Shown: one piece after another, positions 1 through 14,940 of the stretch
How the letters are laid out: every line of letters starts with the position of its first letter
Position numbering within the stretch: the stretch's first letter is position 1
From: the human T2T-CHM13v2.0 reference genome, Homo sapiens
Strand: one strand, 5' to 3'
NCBI RefSeq assembly: GCF_009914755.1
Contig: NC_060929.1
Length of the DNA: 64,000 nt
The notes under the pieces: generated by a model
What the model was told of the DNA's origin: nothing
The model's database searches: none
What the model saw: the letters and a program-made list of their open reading frames with translations, nothing else
Made by a program: the position numbers and the translations under genes

Positions 1-363
1 GAATTTAAAAATGTTTAGCATCCCAATACAAACCACAACTACAATAGTATATTTACTGGTAGAGCCCAATATGATACATAAATAAAAACTCTCCTTTTTT
101 ATATTTAAGATGATAGTATTAGGGCATGTACATGGGGTTGTCTTTATGTAAAGATCATGAACTTGCAGACACTTTCACTTGCTCCTGCTTATGACCAGGA
201 GCACATTCATTGTCAGAACTGCAGTTAAGGGGAAGGGGCACCATTTGTGACCATAAGAGATTGGGGCTTACAACCAACCTGAGATCAAACCAATCACTCT
301 GGCCTTCAAGCCACTAGGATCTCACAAAGTGAACTCATTAACAATAGTTCTTGGTTCAGAACT

Positions 364-724
364 GCTGTGGGTTAAATGTTTGTGTCTCCCATGAATTTAA
401 ATGTTGAAATCTTAACTGTCAAGGTGATGGTTTTGGAAGGTGGGGCCTCTTGGAGGTGATTAGGTCATTAGGGCGAGTCATTGTGAATAAGATTAGTGCT
501 CTAATAAAAGAAGCTTAAGGGAACTTATTTGCCTATTCTGCCATGTGACACACAGTGAAAAGACACTCTCTCTTAACCAGAGAACAGGTGCTCACCAGAC
601 ACCAAATCTGCCAGTGTTTTGATCTTGTATTTCTCAGCCTCCAGAACTGTGAGAAATAAATTTCTATGGTTTATAAGCCACCCCATTTATGGTAGTCTGT
701 TACAGTAGCTTAGACAGACAAAGA
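364..724 (+). mobile_element. ERVL-MaLR solo LTR (MLT1A/MSTD-like)
   Basis: Starts TGCTGTGGGTTAAATGTTTGTGTC; contains GGTGGGGCC..GGAGGTGATTAGGTCAT and the typical MaLR 3' end CAGCCTCCAGAACTGTGAGAAATAAATTTC. Confidence 0.85.
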
Positions 725-1456
725 GCACTATGGAGTAAGAAAGTGGAGTGAATTTATTTCTCTCCTCTTTCTATAGTTTTGACAAGTTTATTCTAGATTG
801 AGTTTTTTTTATTCTACCTACTATGGCATTGTTGCTAGGGATACAGGAAGATGTATACCATAATGTCTCAAGTGCTGGAAGATTATCTCCAGTTCTCCAG
901 AAAAAAAAAAGAAAAATCAAGTACATAGCATAATTTTACTTGGCTATCAAAAATGCTCACATATAAGGAAAGACAAAAAGATTAACATTCACTATAAATT
1001 CTTTTCAGTTTGTCAGCTTTGGAGCAGTAAGAGAAGGGGCTAAAACTGTCACTGTCTTGAGCTTCTGCACAAAGTAATGTACAACTGTGGAAGCAAAGAC
1101 ACTATTACAATTGCATTCAGTCTGGCTTCCCACAGTCATGTATTTTCAACATTATTGATTAGCTGCCTTCAAAACAAATTGTGGAGGAAAGTATAGTGAA
1201 AAAGGAAACTTTTCTAGTCTATAAGTAACTGAAGTAACTCCTGGGAGTTTTATATGATCCAATTTTAAGTTCTTTCTAAGTTAGTTATGATTGAGATTTA
1301 TGCTTAGCTTTTCTTTGGAATATCTTATTAAATATAATATATTCACTGAAAGTGAGAAAGAAGCAAGTAAACCAAAGCTTTGTGCAGGAAATCATACTTT
1401 TGGTAGTCAAAATATGAAAACTACCAGACCCCAAATAAATTTTTATGCTACCCTAC

Positions 1457-1914
1457 TGAAATAGGAGACTGCAGGACTTATTTCCTGGTCCCAACAGGAT
1501 AAAATGAAGAAACTGGCCAGAACCAGCAAATGGCACCAAAGGCAACCTTTAGTTGCCCTCGCTGCTCATCAGAATAAGACACTCCCACCAGTGCCATGAC
1601 AGTTTACAAATGCTACAGCAACACCCAGAAGTTACCACCTCTTTATTCTAGAGTTTTCTGAATAATCTGTACCTTAATTTGCATGTAATTAAAAGTGGGT
1701 ATAAATCCTGCTAGCCAACAGCCACATGCCACTACTCTGGGTGCACAGCCTATGGGTTAGCCCTGTTCTGCAAGGAGCAATCACTCTTCTGTACTCTGAC
1801 ACTTCAATAAACCTGCTTTCTCTCACCATTGGTTCACTCTTGAATTCCTCCTGAGTGAAGCCAAGAACCCTCCTGGACTAAGCCCCAGTTTGGGGGCTCA
1901 TTTGATCTGTATCA
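1457..1914 (+). mobile_element. ERV1 solo LTR, MER41-family-like
   Basis: TG...CA termini; 4-bp TSD CTAC (1453-1456 / 1915-1918); MER41-type motif AGACACTCCCACCAGTGCCATGACAGTTTACAAATGC; TATAAA and AATAAA present. Confidence 0.8.
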
Positions 1915-1919
1915 CTACT

Positions 1920-2075
1920 GCATTGTATGGTAGAAAAAGCACAGTCTCAAGACAGATTTAGGCCCTGGGCTCTGGTACTTACTAATCACATGACTTGCGG
2001 CAACTTACTAAAACTTACTAATATATATATTCACAATTAACATGATTGTTGAGCATTGCATTAATAAGGTATATA
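1920..2075 (+). mobile_element. MIR fragment
   Basis: Degenerate MIR core GGCTCTGGTACTTACTAATCACATGACTTG. Confidence 0.45.
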
Positions 2076-2116
2076 CACTATCATTACTTTGATTTTTTAA
2101 AAAAATTCTCCTTTCG

Positions 2117-2264
2117 GGCCAGGCACAATTGCTCATGCCTGTAATCCCAATGCTTTGAGAGGCTGAAGTAAGAGGATTGCTTGGGGCCAGGAGTTTGAGA
2201 CCAGCCTGAGCAACATGGTGAGACCCTATCTCTACCAAAAAAACTTTAAAAATTAGCCAAGTAT
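2117..2264 (+). mobile_element. AluJ-like left arm (split by L1 insertion)
   Basis: GGCCAGGCAC..CCTGTAATCCCA..GGATTGCTTG..GAGACCAGCCTG through the A-rich linker. Confidence 0.92.
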
Positions 2265-3283
2265 GGGTGGAGCCAAGATGGCTGAATAGGAACAGCTCCA
2301 GTCCACAGCTGACACAGAAGACGGGTGATTTCTGCATTTCCAACTGAGGTACCGGGTTCATCTCACTGGGGAGTGCTGGACAGTGGGTGCAGAACAGTGA
2401 GTGCAGCGCACTGTGCATGAGCCGAAGCAGGGCAAGGCATCACCTCACCCGGGAAGCGCAAGGGGTCAAGGAATTCCCTTTCCTACTCAAAGAAGGGGGT
2501 GATGGACGGCACCTGGAAAATCGGGTCACTCTCACCCTAATACTGCACTTTTCCAACAGGCTTAACAAATGGCACACCAGGAGTTTATATCCCGCACATG
2601 GCTCAGAAGGTCCTATGCCCACAGAGCCTCGCCCACTGCTAGCACAGCAGTCTGAGATCAAGCTGCAAGGTGGCAGCGAGGCTGGGGGAGGGGCACCCGC
2701 CATTGCCGAGGCTTCAGTAGATAAACAAAGTGGCCAGGAAGCTCGAACTGGGTGGACCCCACCACAGATCAAGGAGGCCTGCCTGCCTCTGTAGGCTCCA
2801 CCTCTGGGGGCAGGGCACAGACAAACAAAAGACAGCAATAATTTCTGCAGACTTAAATGTCCCTGTCTGACAGCTTTGAAGAGAGTAGTGGTTCTCCCAG
2901 CACGCAGCTTGAGATCTGAGAATGGGCAGACTGCCTCCTCAAGTGGGTCCCTGACCCCCAAGTAGCCTAACTGGGAGGCACCCCCCAGTAGGGGCAGACT
3001 GAGACCTCACACGGCCAGGTACTCCTCTGAGACAAAACTTCCAGAGGAATGATAAGGCAGCAGCATTTGTGGGTTCACCAATATCCGCTGTTCTGCAGAC
3101 ACCGCTGCTGATACCCAGGCAAACAGGGTCTGGAATGGACCTCCAGCAAACTCCAACAGACCTGCAGCTGAGGGTCCTGACTGTTAGAATGAAAACTAAC
3201 AAACAGGAAGGACATCCACACCAAAAACCCATCTGTACGTCACCATCATCAAAGACCAAAGCCACAAAGGTAAAACCACAAAG
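2265..3283 (+). promoter_or_regulatory. L1 5'UTR internal promoter (sense and antisense)
   Basis: YY1 motif CAAGATGGC at 2274-2282; ~12-bp deletion near 2310 relative to recalled consensus; partial CpG decay. Activity is not knowable from sequence. Confidence 0.7.
2440..2703 (-). CDS. L1 antisense ORF0 (open, 87 aa)
   Basis: MAGAPPPASLPPCSLISDCCAS... lies within ORF-track entry 2440..2961(-); ATG context GCAATGG. Translation not demonstrated. Confidence 0.45.
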   Translation of the reverse strand: MAGAPPPASLPPCSLISDCCASSGRGSVGIGPSEPCAGYKLLVCHLLSLLEKCSIRVRVTRFSRCRPSPPSLSRKGNSLTPCASRVR

Positions 3284-4299
3284 ATGGGAAAAAAACAGAG
3301 CAGAAAAACCGGAAACTCTAAAAATCAGAGCGCTTCTCCTCCTCCAAAGGAATGCAGCTCCTCACCAGCAACTGAACAAAGCTGGATGGAGAATGACTTT
3401 GATGAGTTGAGAGAAGAAGGCTTCCAAAGATCAAACTACTCTGAGCTAAAGGAGGAAGTTCAAACCAATGGCAAAGAAGTTAAAAACTTTGAAAAAAAAT
3501 TAGATGAATGGACGACTAGAAAAACCAATGCAGAGAAGTCCTCAAAGGACCTGATGGAGCTGAAAACCACAGCAAGAGAACTACATGACGAATGCACAAG
3601 CCTCAGTAACCAATGCAATCAACTGGAAGAAAGGGTATCAGCAATGGAAGATGAAATGAATGAAATGAAGTGTGAAGAGAAGTTTAGAGAAAAAAGACTA
3701 AAAAGAAATGAACAAAGCCTCCAAGAAATATGGGACTATGTGAAAAGACCAAATCTACGTCTGATTGGTGTACCTGAAAGTGATAGGAGAATGGAACCAA
3801 GTTGGAAAACACTCTGCAGGATATTATCCAGGAGAACTTCCCCAACCTATCAAAGTAGGCCAACATTCAGATTCAGGAAATATAGAGAACACCACAAAGA
3901 TACTCCTCGAGAAGAGCAACTTCAAGACACATAATTGTCAGATTCACCAAAGTTGAAATGAAGGAAAAAATGTTAACGGCAGCCAGAGAGAAAGGTCGGG
4001 TTACCCACAAAGGGAGGCCCATCAGACTAACAGCTGATCTCTCGGCAGAAACTCTACAAGCCAGAAGAGAGTGGGGGCCAATATTCAACATTCTTAAACA
4101 AAAGAATTTTCAACCCAGAATTTCATACCCAGCCAAACTAAACCTCGTCAGTGAAGGAGAAATAAAATACTTTACAGACAAACAAATGCTGAGAGATTTT
4201 GTCACCACCAGGCCTGCCCTAAAAAAGCTCCTGAAGGAAGCACTAAACAAGGAAAGGAACAACTGGTACCAGCCACTGCAAAAACATGCCAAATTGTAA
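3284..4299 (+). pseudogene. L1 ORF1p, disrupted
   Basis: MGKKQSRKTGNSKNQSASPPPKE... to ...YQPLQKHAKL*; frameshift near 3785 and in-frame TAG stops split it into ORFs 3284..3934 and 3958..4299. Confidence 0.95.
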
Positions 4300-4362
4300 A
4301 GACCATCAAGCCTAGGAAGAAAATGCATCAACTAATGAGCAAAATAACCGGCTAACATCATA

Positions 4363-8186
<3,824 letters not shown>

Positions 8187-8405
8187 ACAATGAGAACACA
8201 TGGACACAGGAAGGGGAACATCACACACCGGGGACGGTTGTGGGGTGGGGAAGGGGGGAGGGATAGCATTAGGAGACATACCTGATGCTAAATGATGAGT
8301 TAATGGGTGCAGTACACCAACATGGCACATGTATACATATGTAACAAACCTGCATGTTGTGCACACGTACCCTAAAACTTAAAGTATAATAATAATAAAA
8401 TAAAA

Positions 8406-8597
8406 AAAAATTAGCCAAGTATGGTAGCATGTTCCTGTAGTCCTAGCTGCTCAGGAGGCTAAGGTAGGAGGATGGTTTGAGCCAAGGAGTTCAAGGTTAC
8501 AGTGAGTTATGATCATGCCACTGCACTCCAGCCTGGGTGACAGAGCAAGACTGCCTCAAAAGAAAAAAAGAAAAAAAAGAAAAAGAAAAAAAAGTAA
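8406..8597 (+). mobile_element. AluJ-like right arm with A-rich tail
   Basis: Resumes at the TSD: TTAGCCAAGTATGGTAGCATG..CCACTGCACTCCAGCCTGGGTGACAGAGCAAGAC + (A)nG tail. Confidence 0.92.
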
Positions 8598-9867
8598 AGA
8601 AATGTGTTTTCCAGGAGGGTCAGCTTATCAATTGAAAGATAGACGAGGGGAGATTGATACATGTGTAACATTTTGAATGAGTGACATAATAATTACACTG
8701 TTCTGATGATTAGGTTTATATTTAGCCATAGATCAGGATTATGACAGACTATATAGAAGAGTAAGTACTACAAAACAGGAAGCTGTTCTTTCTCTTTATC
8801 TGCACTCAGTAAGTACTTGTTGAGAGAATTAATATATTTAATTTGAATGAATGATGTATGGTGTCTAGTATACAGCAGGATCTCTCAAACTATTTGGTAA
8901 CTATAGGTAAACTAACCTCATGTCATATGAAATTGAGAACATTTCTGCCTCAAAACATCTAGGAACATTGATTATCTCTTATTTGCACTATTTTTTAGAG
9001 AGAATTTTTTTGTTAAAGATGGGAATATGGTATTATTAAAGGGATTGAGAACCATGGTCAAAAAAATGAGTTATGACTGCAAATGTAATACTAATATCCA
9101 GGGAGATCAACTTATAAATTCACTTTTTGTATTCTTGTCATTATTTTATCATTACTATTATTATTATTTATTTTAAGAAGTTCTGCCTTCAATGAAACAA
9201 TAATGATCCTGAGTTAATGATGAGGTTTTTAATTTCTACATAGATGTTTGGATTTCTCACATTCTTGAGTTTCATGGCAGAAACCCAGGTTCAGCCAAAA
9301 ACTTTATTTGCTAATATTTTAAATGGAACCATCGAATCTACCTTAGCAAATGATTTGCTTTCAGAATTATGACCTTAAATACAGCATTGTAATAACTTTT
9401 AATTTTCTAAAATATATGAGAACACACTCTTAGAAAGTTAAGGGAAATGTCAGTAAAATAAGTCAGATTCTTCCAAGTTATTTTCATTTTCCCTTCAAAG
9501 ATATATCCTTTGCTGATACCATTATCTCAGGTTGTCATCAAATGGAATGACCGTTCTTCTCATTTGTCTCTGAATAACAGTCACTACCCATGAGTCCTCA
9601 GAGAGAACTCTCTCCACTCTGTTTGGAATCCTTTTACCTGATTGATTTGTAGTAATATGAACAGTGATGGCATATTGGGATGGTGAGAGTGGTCTCACGC
9701 ATCCTATAACAAGAGCTGTGCTTTCACCTTTTTAAGCTAAATTCACATACGTGGATAATAACAGATTACCTGTTAGATTTTATAACATCTAAGTTTTGCA
9801 TTTTGGCTTTCCACTAAGCAAAATATACCTATAGCGTATAGGGTTAAAAATGTAAATCAATATGGCT

Positions 9868-10083
9868 CTCATTTGCTGAAAGTTTACTTTGTGCCAGAGG
9901 TTTAGGTTTACTATTCACAACCCTCTGAGGTATATGCTATGATTATTGCCATTTTACAGATTTAAAAATTGAGGCTTTGAAAAAACTTGTCAAAGTCACA
10001 GGGCAGGCAAGCAACAGAGGCAAGAATTCAAGTCATAATAGTCTGCTCCTACAGCCTCTGCTCTTAACTATTATAGCATGCTG
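9868..10083 (-). mobile_element. MIR
   Basis: CACAACCCTCTGAGGT..CCATTTTACAGAT..TGAGGC..AAGTCACAG (reverse MIR core). Confidence 0.75.
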
Positions 10084-11699
10084 ATTCCCATAAACTGATA
10101 GAATTATCAATGACAGTTGAATCCATTACTTTGCAGTTGTCCTAAGGGTCATTCCACTAGAAAGCATGCGACATCTGACCTTGACATAGTACCACTGAAG
10201 AGCCAAACCAAAAACCATAGCACTTCTGTGGTATTGCAGGATAGGTGATTTTCAAATACAGATATGTGAGGCTTATTAAAGCATAAATTCAGGTCAGATC
10301 ACAGGAGTGCACCTAGTGAAGCCCTATTTGTATGTATTTTTATGGTTTTAATATTTATTAAATGATGAAGCAACTGTCACTCTTCAAGTCAGTTTGATAT
10401 CTGCCTAAAATGAAAGGATGGACTTGTAAATTAATCACCTGAACTTGGATATAAATGACCACATCTGTCAAAATCCTTGCTCCATGTCTATAGACATATT
10501 TTATTTCCAATTCATGTAGGAATTTACTTAAAACTTAGAGGATGTCTAAGACCTATTCTTGACACTTTCCTGTGTCTCATGTTGAATACGATAATGTGCA
10601 CTGGGTGTGAATCTTTTAAGCTTTCTCAAGCTCCATGTGACAAGATATACACTTCAGAGAGGGATTAAAATCCTGGAACCTCTTCTTCTGGTTCTGTGAA
10701 CTCGCAACAGGAAGGACATTCTGGTTTCTAGGCGTAAAAGCCTGTTTTAATGATGCTTTATATGCAGAGCCTTGGGATGCATATATTACAGGCATTGTAA
10801 AATAGAGATGGGATTAGAGTGTTGAGGCTCTGGGGAAAGACTTGGAGCACAGCTGTCTTCACACAGTGACATAAACTTAGAAGAGCACCGAAGCTCAGGC
10901 AGCATCGGTCTCTCTATCCCTTACAGCTCTACATAAAACTGTCCTCTCTGATAGGCAAAGAGAGAAGAAGCAGAGATTATGCTTTCCTGTTCATAAAAGA
11001 GTTTTGTATCATTAGCTATAATCTCAAGTCATTAACTTAAATCCATATGGCAGAAGAGCTAGGATGCACATGTACTTACTGAAACCGTGCAGGAATAACA
11101 GCAATGGCTCATTTGAAGACTGCCTTTGAATGGCCGGTATAGTTAATTATAGTTTGAATGGCAGGTATAGTTAATCGAAAATTGTATGCAAGAAAGGAAA
11201 ATGGAATTAATATGTTTGTTTAATAATGACTTGTTCAAAAGCACTGTATCAATGTCAGTCTGCTCATTTCCATGCCAGTCTGCTCATTTTCTCTAATATC
11301 ATTTTTTAAAGAGATGTTTTCAGATTTCATATTCATTCTCTCTCTCACTCTCTCTCTTTCTCTCTCTCTCTGGAGCAGGAATAGTCATAAAATAAGAAAT
11401 GTGGAGATCATTTATGGAGTACAGAGAAAGACCTATAGTTGTTTCAGGCCTTAGAGCTGGTAAGGGGAAAAAACTGGAAGTCAAACTCTTCATCGACTGT
11501 TAATTCATAATTTTTTCTGTAATCAGGTTGGAATGAGATGTGCAGAGAGGATGCAGCCTGCATAACAATAACAGGCTTTCAGACAGAGTCCAGTCTCGGT
11601 GGTTACCTTCCTTCCTTATATAGTCTTCCCAGAGAGCTTGTACAATGAAAAGCAACATGACCAATTGAAGAATACCATGCTTTTAATCTTAATGTCAAA

Positions 11700-12195
11700 A
11701 TCCATTTCTAGATCCATTTATAAAGCAGCAACTTAATGGATATTTCTCAATATTTGAGTTAAGTTCAGTAAGTTCTTTATGGAATAAAAATATCTATTAA
11801 TATAGCTTATCAATAACTTAAATATGAAAAAATGATATGCTCAATTGTTACCTAGAAGGTATTTGATAAAAATCCTATGTTTCCAACTTAAAACTTTAGA
11901 AATAGGATACTTTTGTAATTCGAAAAGCTAGCTCTATTCCAACATAGCGGTACATCCCCCTCAATGGGGAAACACTAGAAATATTTCCATTAATTTCAGA
12001 AACAAATCAAGGATGCTCATTACAAGTCATAACATTTAATCTTATAGCTGTTCCAGACAGTGCAATACAAATGAAACAGAAATGACAGAAAAGGGTATTG
12101 GAATGGAGAAAAATTATTTATAGTCTAAATATATTTTTGCATAAATGAAAAATATAAATTATTTACCAAACCCAAGAAAATCTACTATTAAATAA
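11700..12195 (+). mobile_element. Ancient L1M ORF2 fragment
   Basis: AATGGGGAAACACTAGAAATATTTCCATTAATTTCAGAAACAAATCAAGGATGC resembles the L1 RT region NG.KLE.FPL..GTRQGC. Confidence 0.6.
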
Positions 12196-12201
12196 AAATT
12201 A

Positions 12202-12624
12202 TGAGGGGCCATTTTGTTTGGGACTGAGCTCCTACCCTGTGTTCAACAGACCAGACCAAACCAGAATGGAGTCCCTTGTGTTAGATACCTGTAGTCAGGC
12301 TGAACTTTAAAATGGGCCAGTTCTCAAAAAAACAGGAGATTTACAGCAATCAATCAGAAAGGCCCAGTTTACCTGAGCTGGCACAATAAGGACGTCCTCT
12401 TTGTTTTAACCCTATAAGGGAAGTAACTTTGTAACCACCAATCTGCTTTTTGTTCCTCGTGTTTGTTTTCTTCAGCCTTCTCTTGCCTTTACAGAAAGTC
12501 CACTTCCTCTGCTCAGTTCACTGGAACTCCTATTTTATGGATGAGATGTTGCCTGATTCATTAATCACTATTAAAAGCCAATTAGACCTTTAAATTAAAT
12601 TTGTTGAAATTTTGTTTTTTAGCA
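12202..12624 (+). mobile_element. ERV1 solo LTR, MER57-family-like
   Basis: TG..CA termini; CCAGACCAAACCAGAATGGAGTC; 3' end AAAGCCAATTAGACCTTTAAATTAAATTTGTTGAAATTTTG. Confidence 0.6.
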
Positions 12625-12849
12625 CTACCAAGAAACCACTGGAGGCTCTAGTCCATGTGTTCTGTTCCTTTCAAAGAAGAGCCTTCTCCTCACCCATAGC
12701 GGGCTGAAAGGGAGCCTCACTCAGAACAAAGAACCCATCAAAGGCAAGCTTCCATATACTTCCGGCAGTGCATCTGCCAACACATGCACAGCCTTCGTGC
12801 CTGCCTAATGGATGTACTGCCCTTGGTCTTAGCCATAGCCTATCCCTTC

Positions 12850-13519
12850 CTTTGTGCACTGGCTCATATCCTCCCTCACCTAGTTAAGGACATCACTCTT
12901 GCACTTATCCTCTCCTCTCGAATTATCACATTTTCCTGCTCTGCTGGACCATTCCCATTAACATGCAAACACTGTATGGTAGCTTCCATTTCAAAAAGCC
13001 ATTCCTGGGCTGTCATCACTCTCCAGCTACTGCTCAGTTGCTTAGCACCCCTTTCCAGCAAAACTCCTTTAAAAAGTTGTCTTTAACCACCTTTTGTATA
13101 TTTTGACCTCTGATTATGTCTGGAACCATGCCTGTTAAGCATTTGCCCCCTACCACTTCACCAAAATTGCTCTTGCCAAGGTCACCAATGACCCCCATAT
13201 TGCTGCATAGCAGAGTCAATTCTCAGTCCTGTTCTTATTCCATCTATCAACAGCTTCTGACTCACCTGGCTGCTCCCAATTTTTGAGTGATTTCTTAGGC
13301 TATGCAACACCATTTCTCTTGGCCCTCCTTATACCACACTAGCTGTACTTTGTAGCTCTTCTTCGCTGGATATTCCTCTCCTTCTTATTCTCCAAATATT
13401 GAAATGTCTCAGGGATTGGCTCTGAGACCTCTCTTCTACATACTCTAACCACATAGACAATGTCAAATAGTCACGTGTCCTCAAATATCTTCTGTAGTCT
13501 AATCACTCTAAAATTTATT
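12850..13519 (+). mobile_element. L2 fragment
   Basis: CCACTTCACCAAAATTGCTCTTGCCAAGGTCACCAATGACC is typical of L2 ORF2. Confidence 0.75.
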
Positions 13520-13877
13520 ATATTCCATCAATTCTAAGACACACTGTTTTTCACACTTTATTGCATTTGAAATTGGGCTGTGTCTTACAATTGATGCCCA
13601 TCTTATAATCTTTGTCATCTAGGAAGGGGTAATGAAGTAGTTGCTCTTATCCACACAAATATATATGTTTCCACAAAAATTTAAATATATTATTGTTTAG
13701 ATTATTAATAATTTAGTTCAGTTATATGTACAGTGGCTATTACTCATGTTGGTACCACACACAACACACTGCAACTGAATGGAGAGAAATTGCCAAATAC
13801 CTTGAAAGAGGTGAAAGATATTTCAAGTAAAGAGGGTCTGACCCATTCGTATGCTGTCTTCAAGAGACTCATGTCAG

Positions 13878-14063
13878 GGCTGGGTGCAGTGGCTCATACC
13901 TGTAATTCCACCACTTTGAGGCTTAGGAGGATAGATGGCTTGAGGCTGAGGCAGGAGGATTGCTTGAGCCTGGGAGGCAGGGGTTGCAGTGGGCTGAGGT
14001 CATGCCACTGCACTCCAGCCTGGGCAACAAAGCACGACCCTGTCTCAAGAAAAAAAATAAAAA
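13878..14063 (+). mobile_element. Internally deleted AluJ-like element
   Basis: Left-arm start fused to the right arm at GAGGC; A tail; ~185 bp. Confidence 0.85.
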
Positions 14064-14571
14064 TGCAATGACACACGTAGCCTCTAAATAAAGAGATAGT
14101 GGAAAATCTACCAAGCAAATGAAAAGCAGAAAAATGCAGGAGGGATTGCAATCCTAGTTTCTGACAAAACTGACTTTAAATCAACAAAGATAAAAAAAGA
14201 AGGGCATTACATAATGGTCAAGTGTTCAATTCAACAAGATGATCTAACTGTTCTAAATATATATGCACCCAACACAGGTGCACCCAGATTCATAAAGCAA
14301 GTTCTTAGAGACCTTAAAGAGGGTTAGACTTCCATATAGTAATAGTGGGAGACTTTAACACCGCACTGTCAATATTATACAGATCACTGAGACAGAAAAT
14401 TAACAGAAATATTCATGACCTGAACTCAGCACTGGATCAAATGGACCTGATGCCTACAGAATTCTCCACCCCAAAACAACACAATATACATTCTTCTCAT
14501 AATCACATGGCACTTAGTCTAAAATTGATCACATAATTGGAAATAAAACACTCCTCAGAAAATGCAAAAGA

Positions 14572-14940
<369 letters not shown>

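Noticed and set aside
3250-3283. Extra CCACAAAG copy just upstream of the ORF1 ATG
   Set aside because: 8-bp local duplication; too small to interpret.
2008-3410. 100-170 aa ORFs over the Alu and L1 5'UTR
   Set aside because: Incidental frames of repeat sequence; only ORF0 has precedent.
10190-10233. 11-bp imperfect inverted repeat
   Set aside because: Expected by chance in 64 kb.
11125-11290. 23-bp and 14-bp short direct repeats
   Set aside because: Two-copy slippage duplications; no array or CRISPR-like spacer structure.
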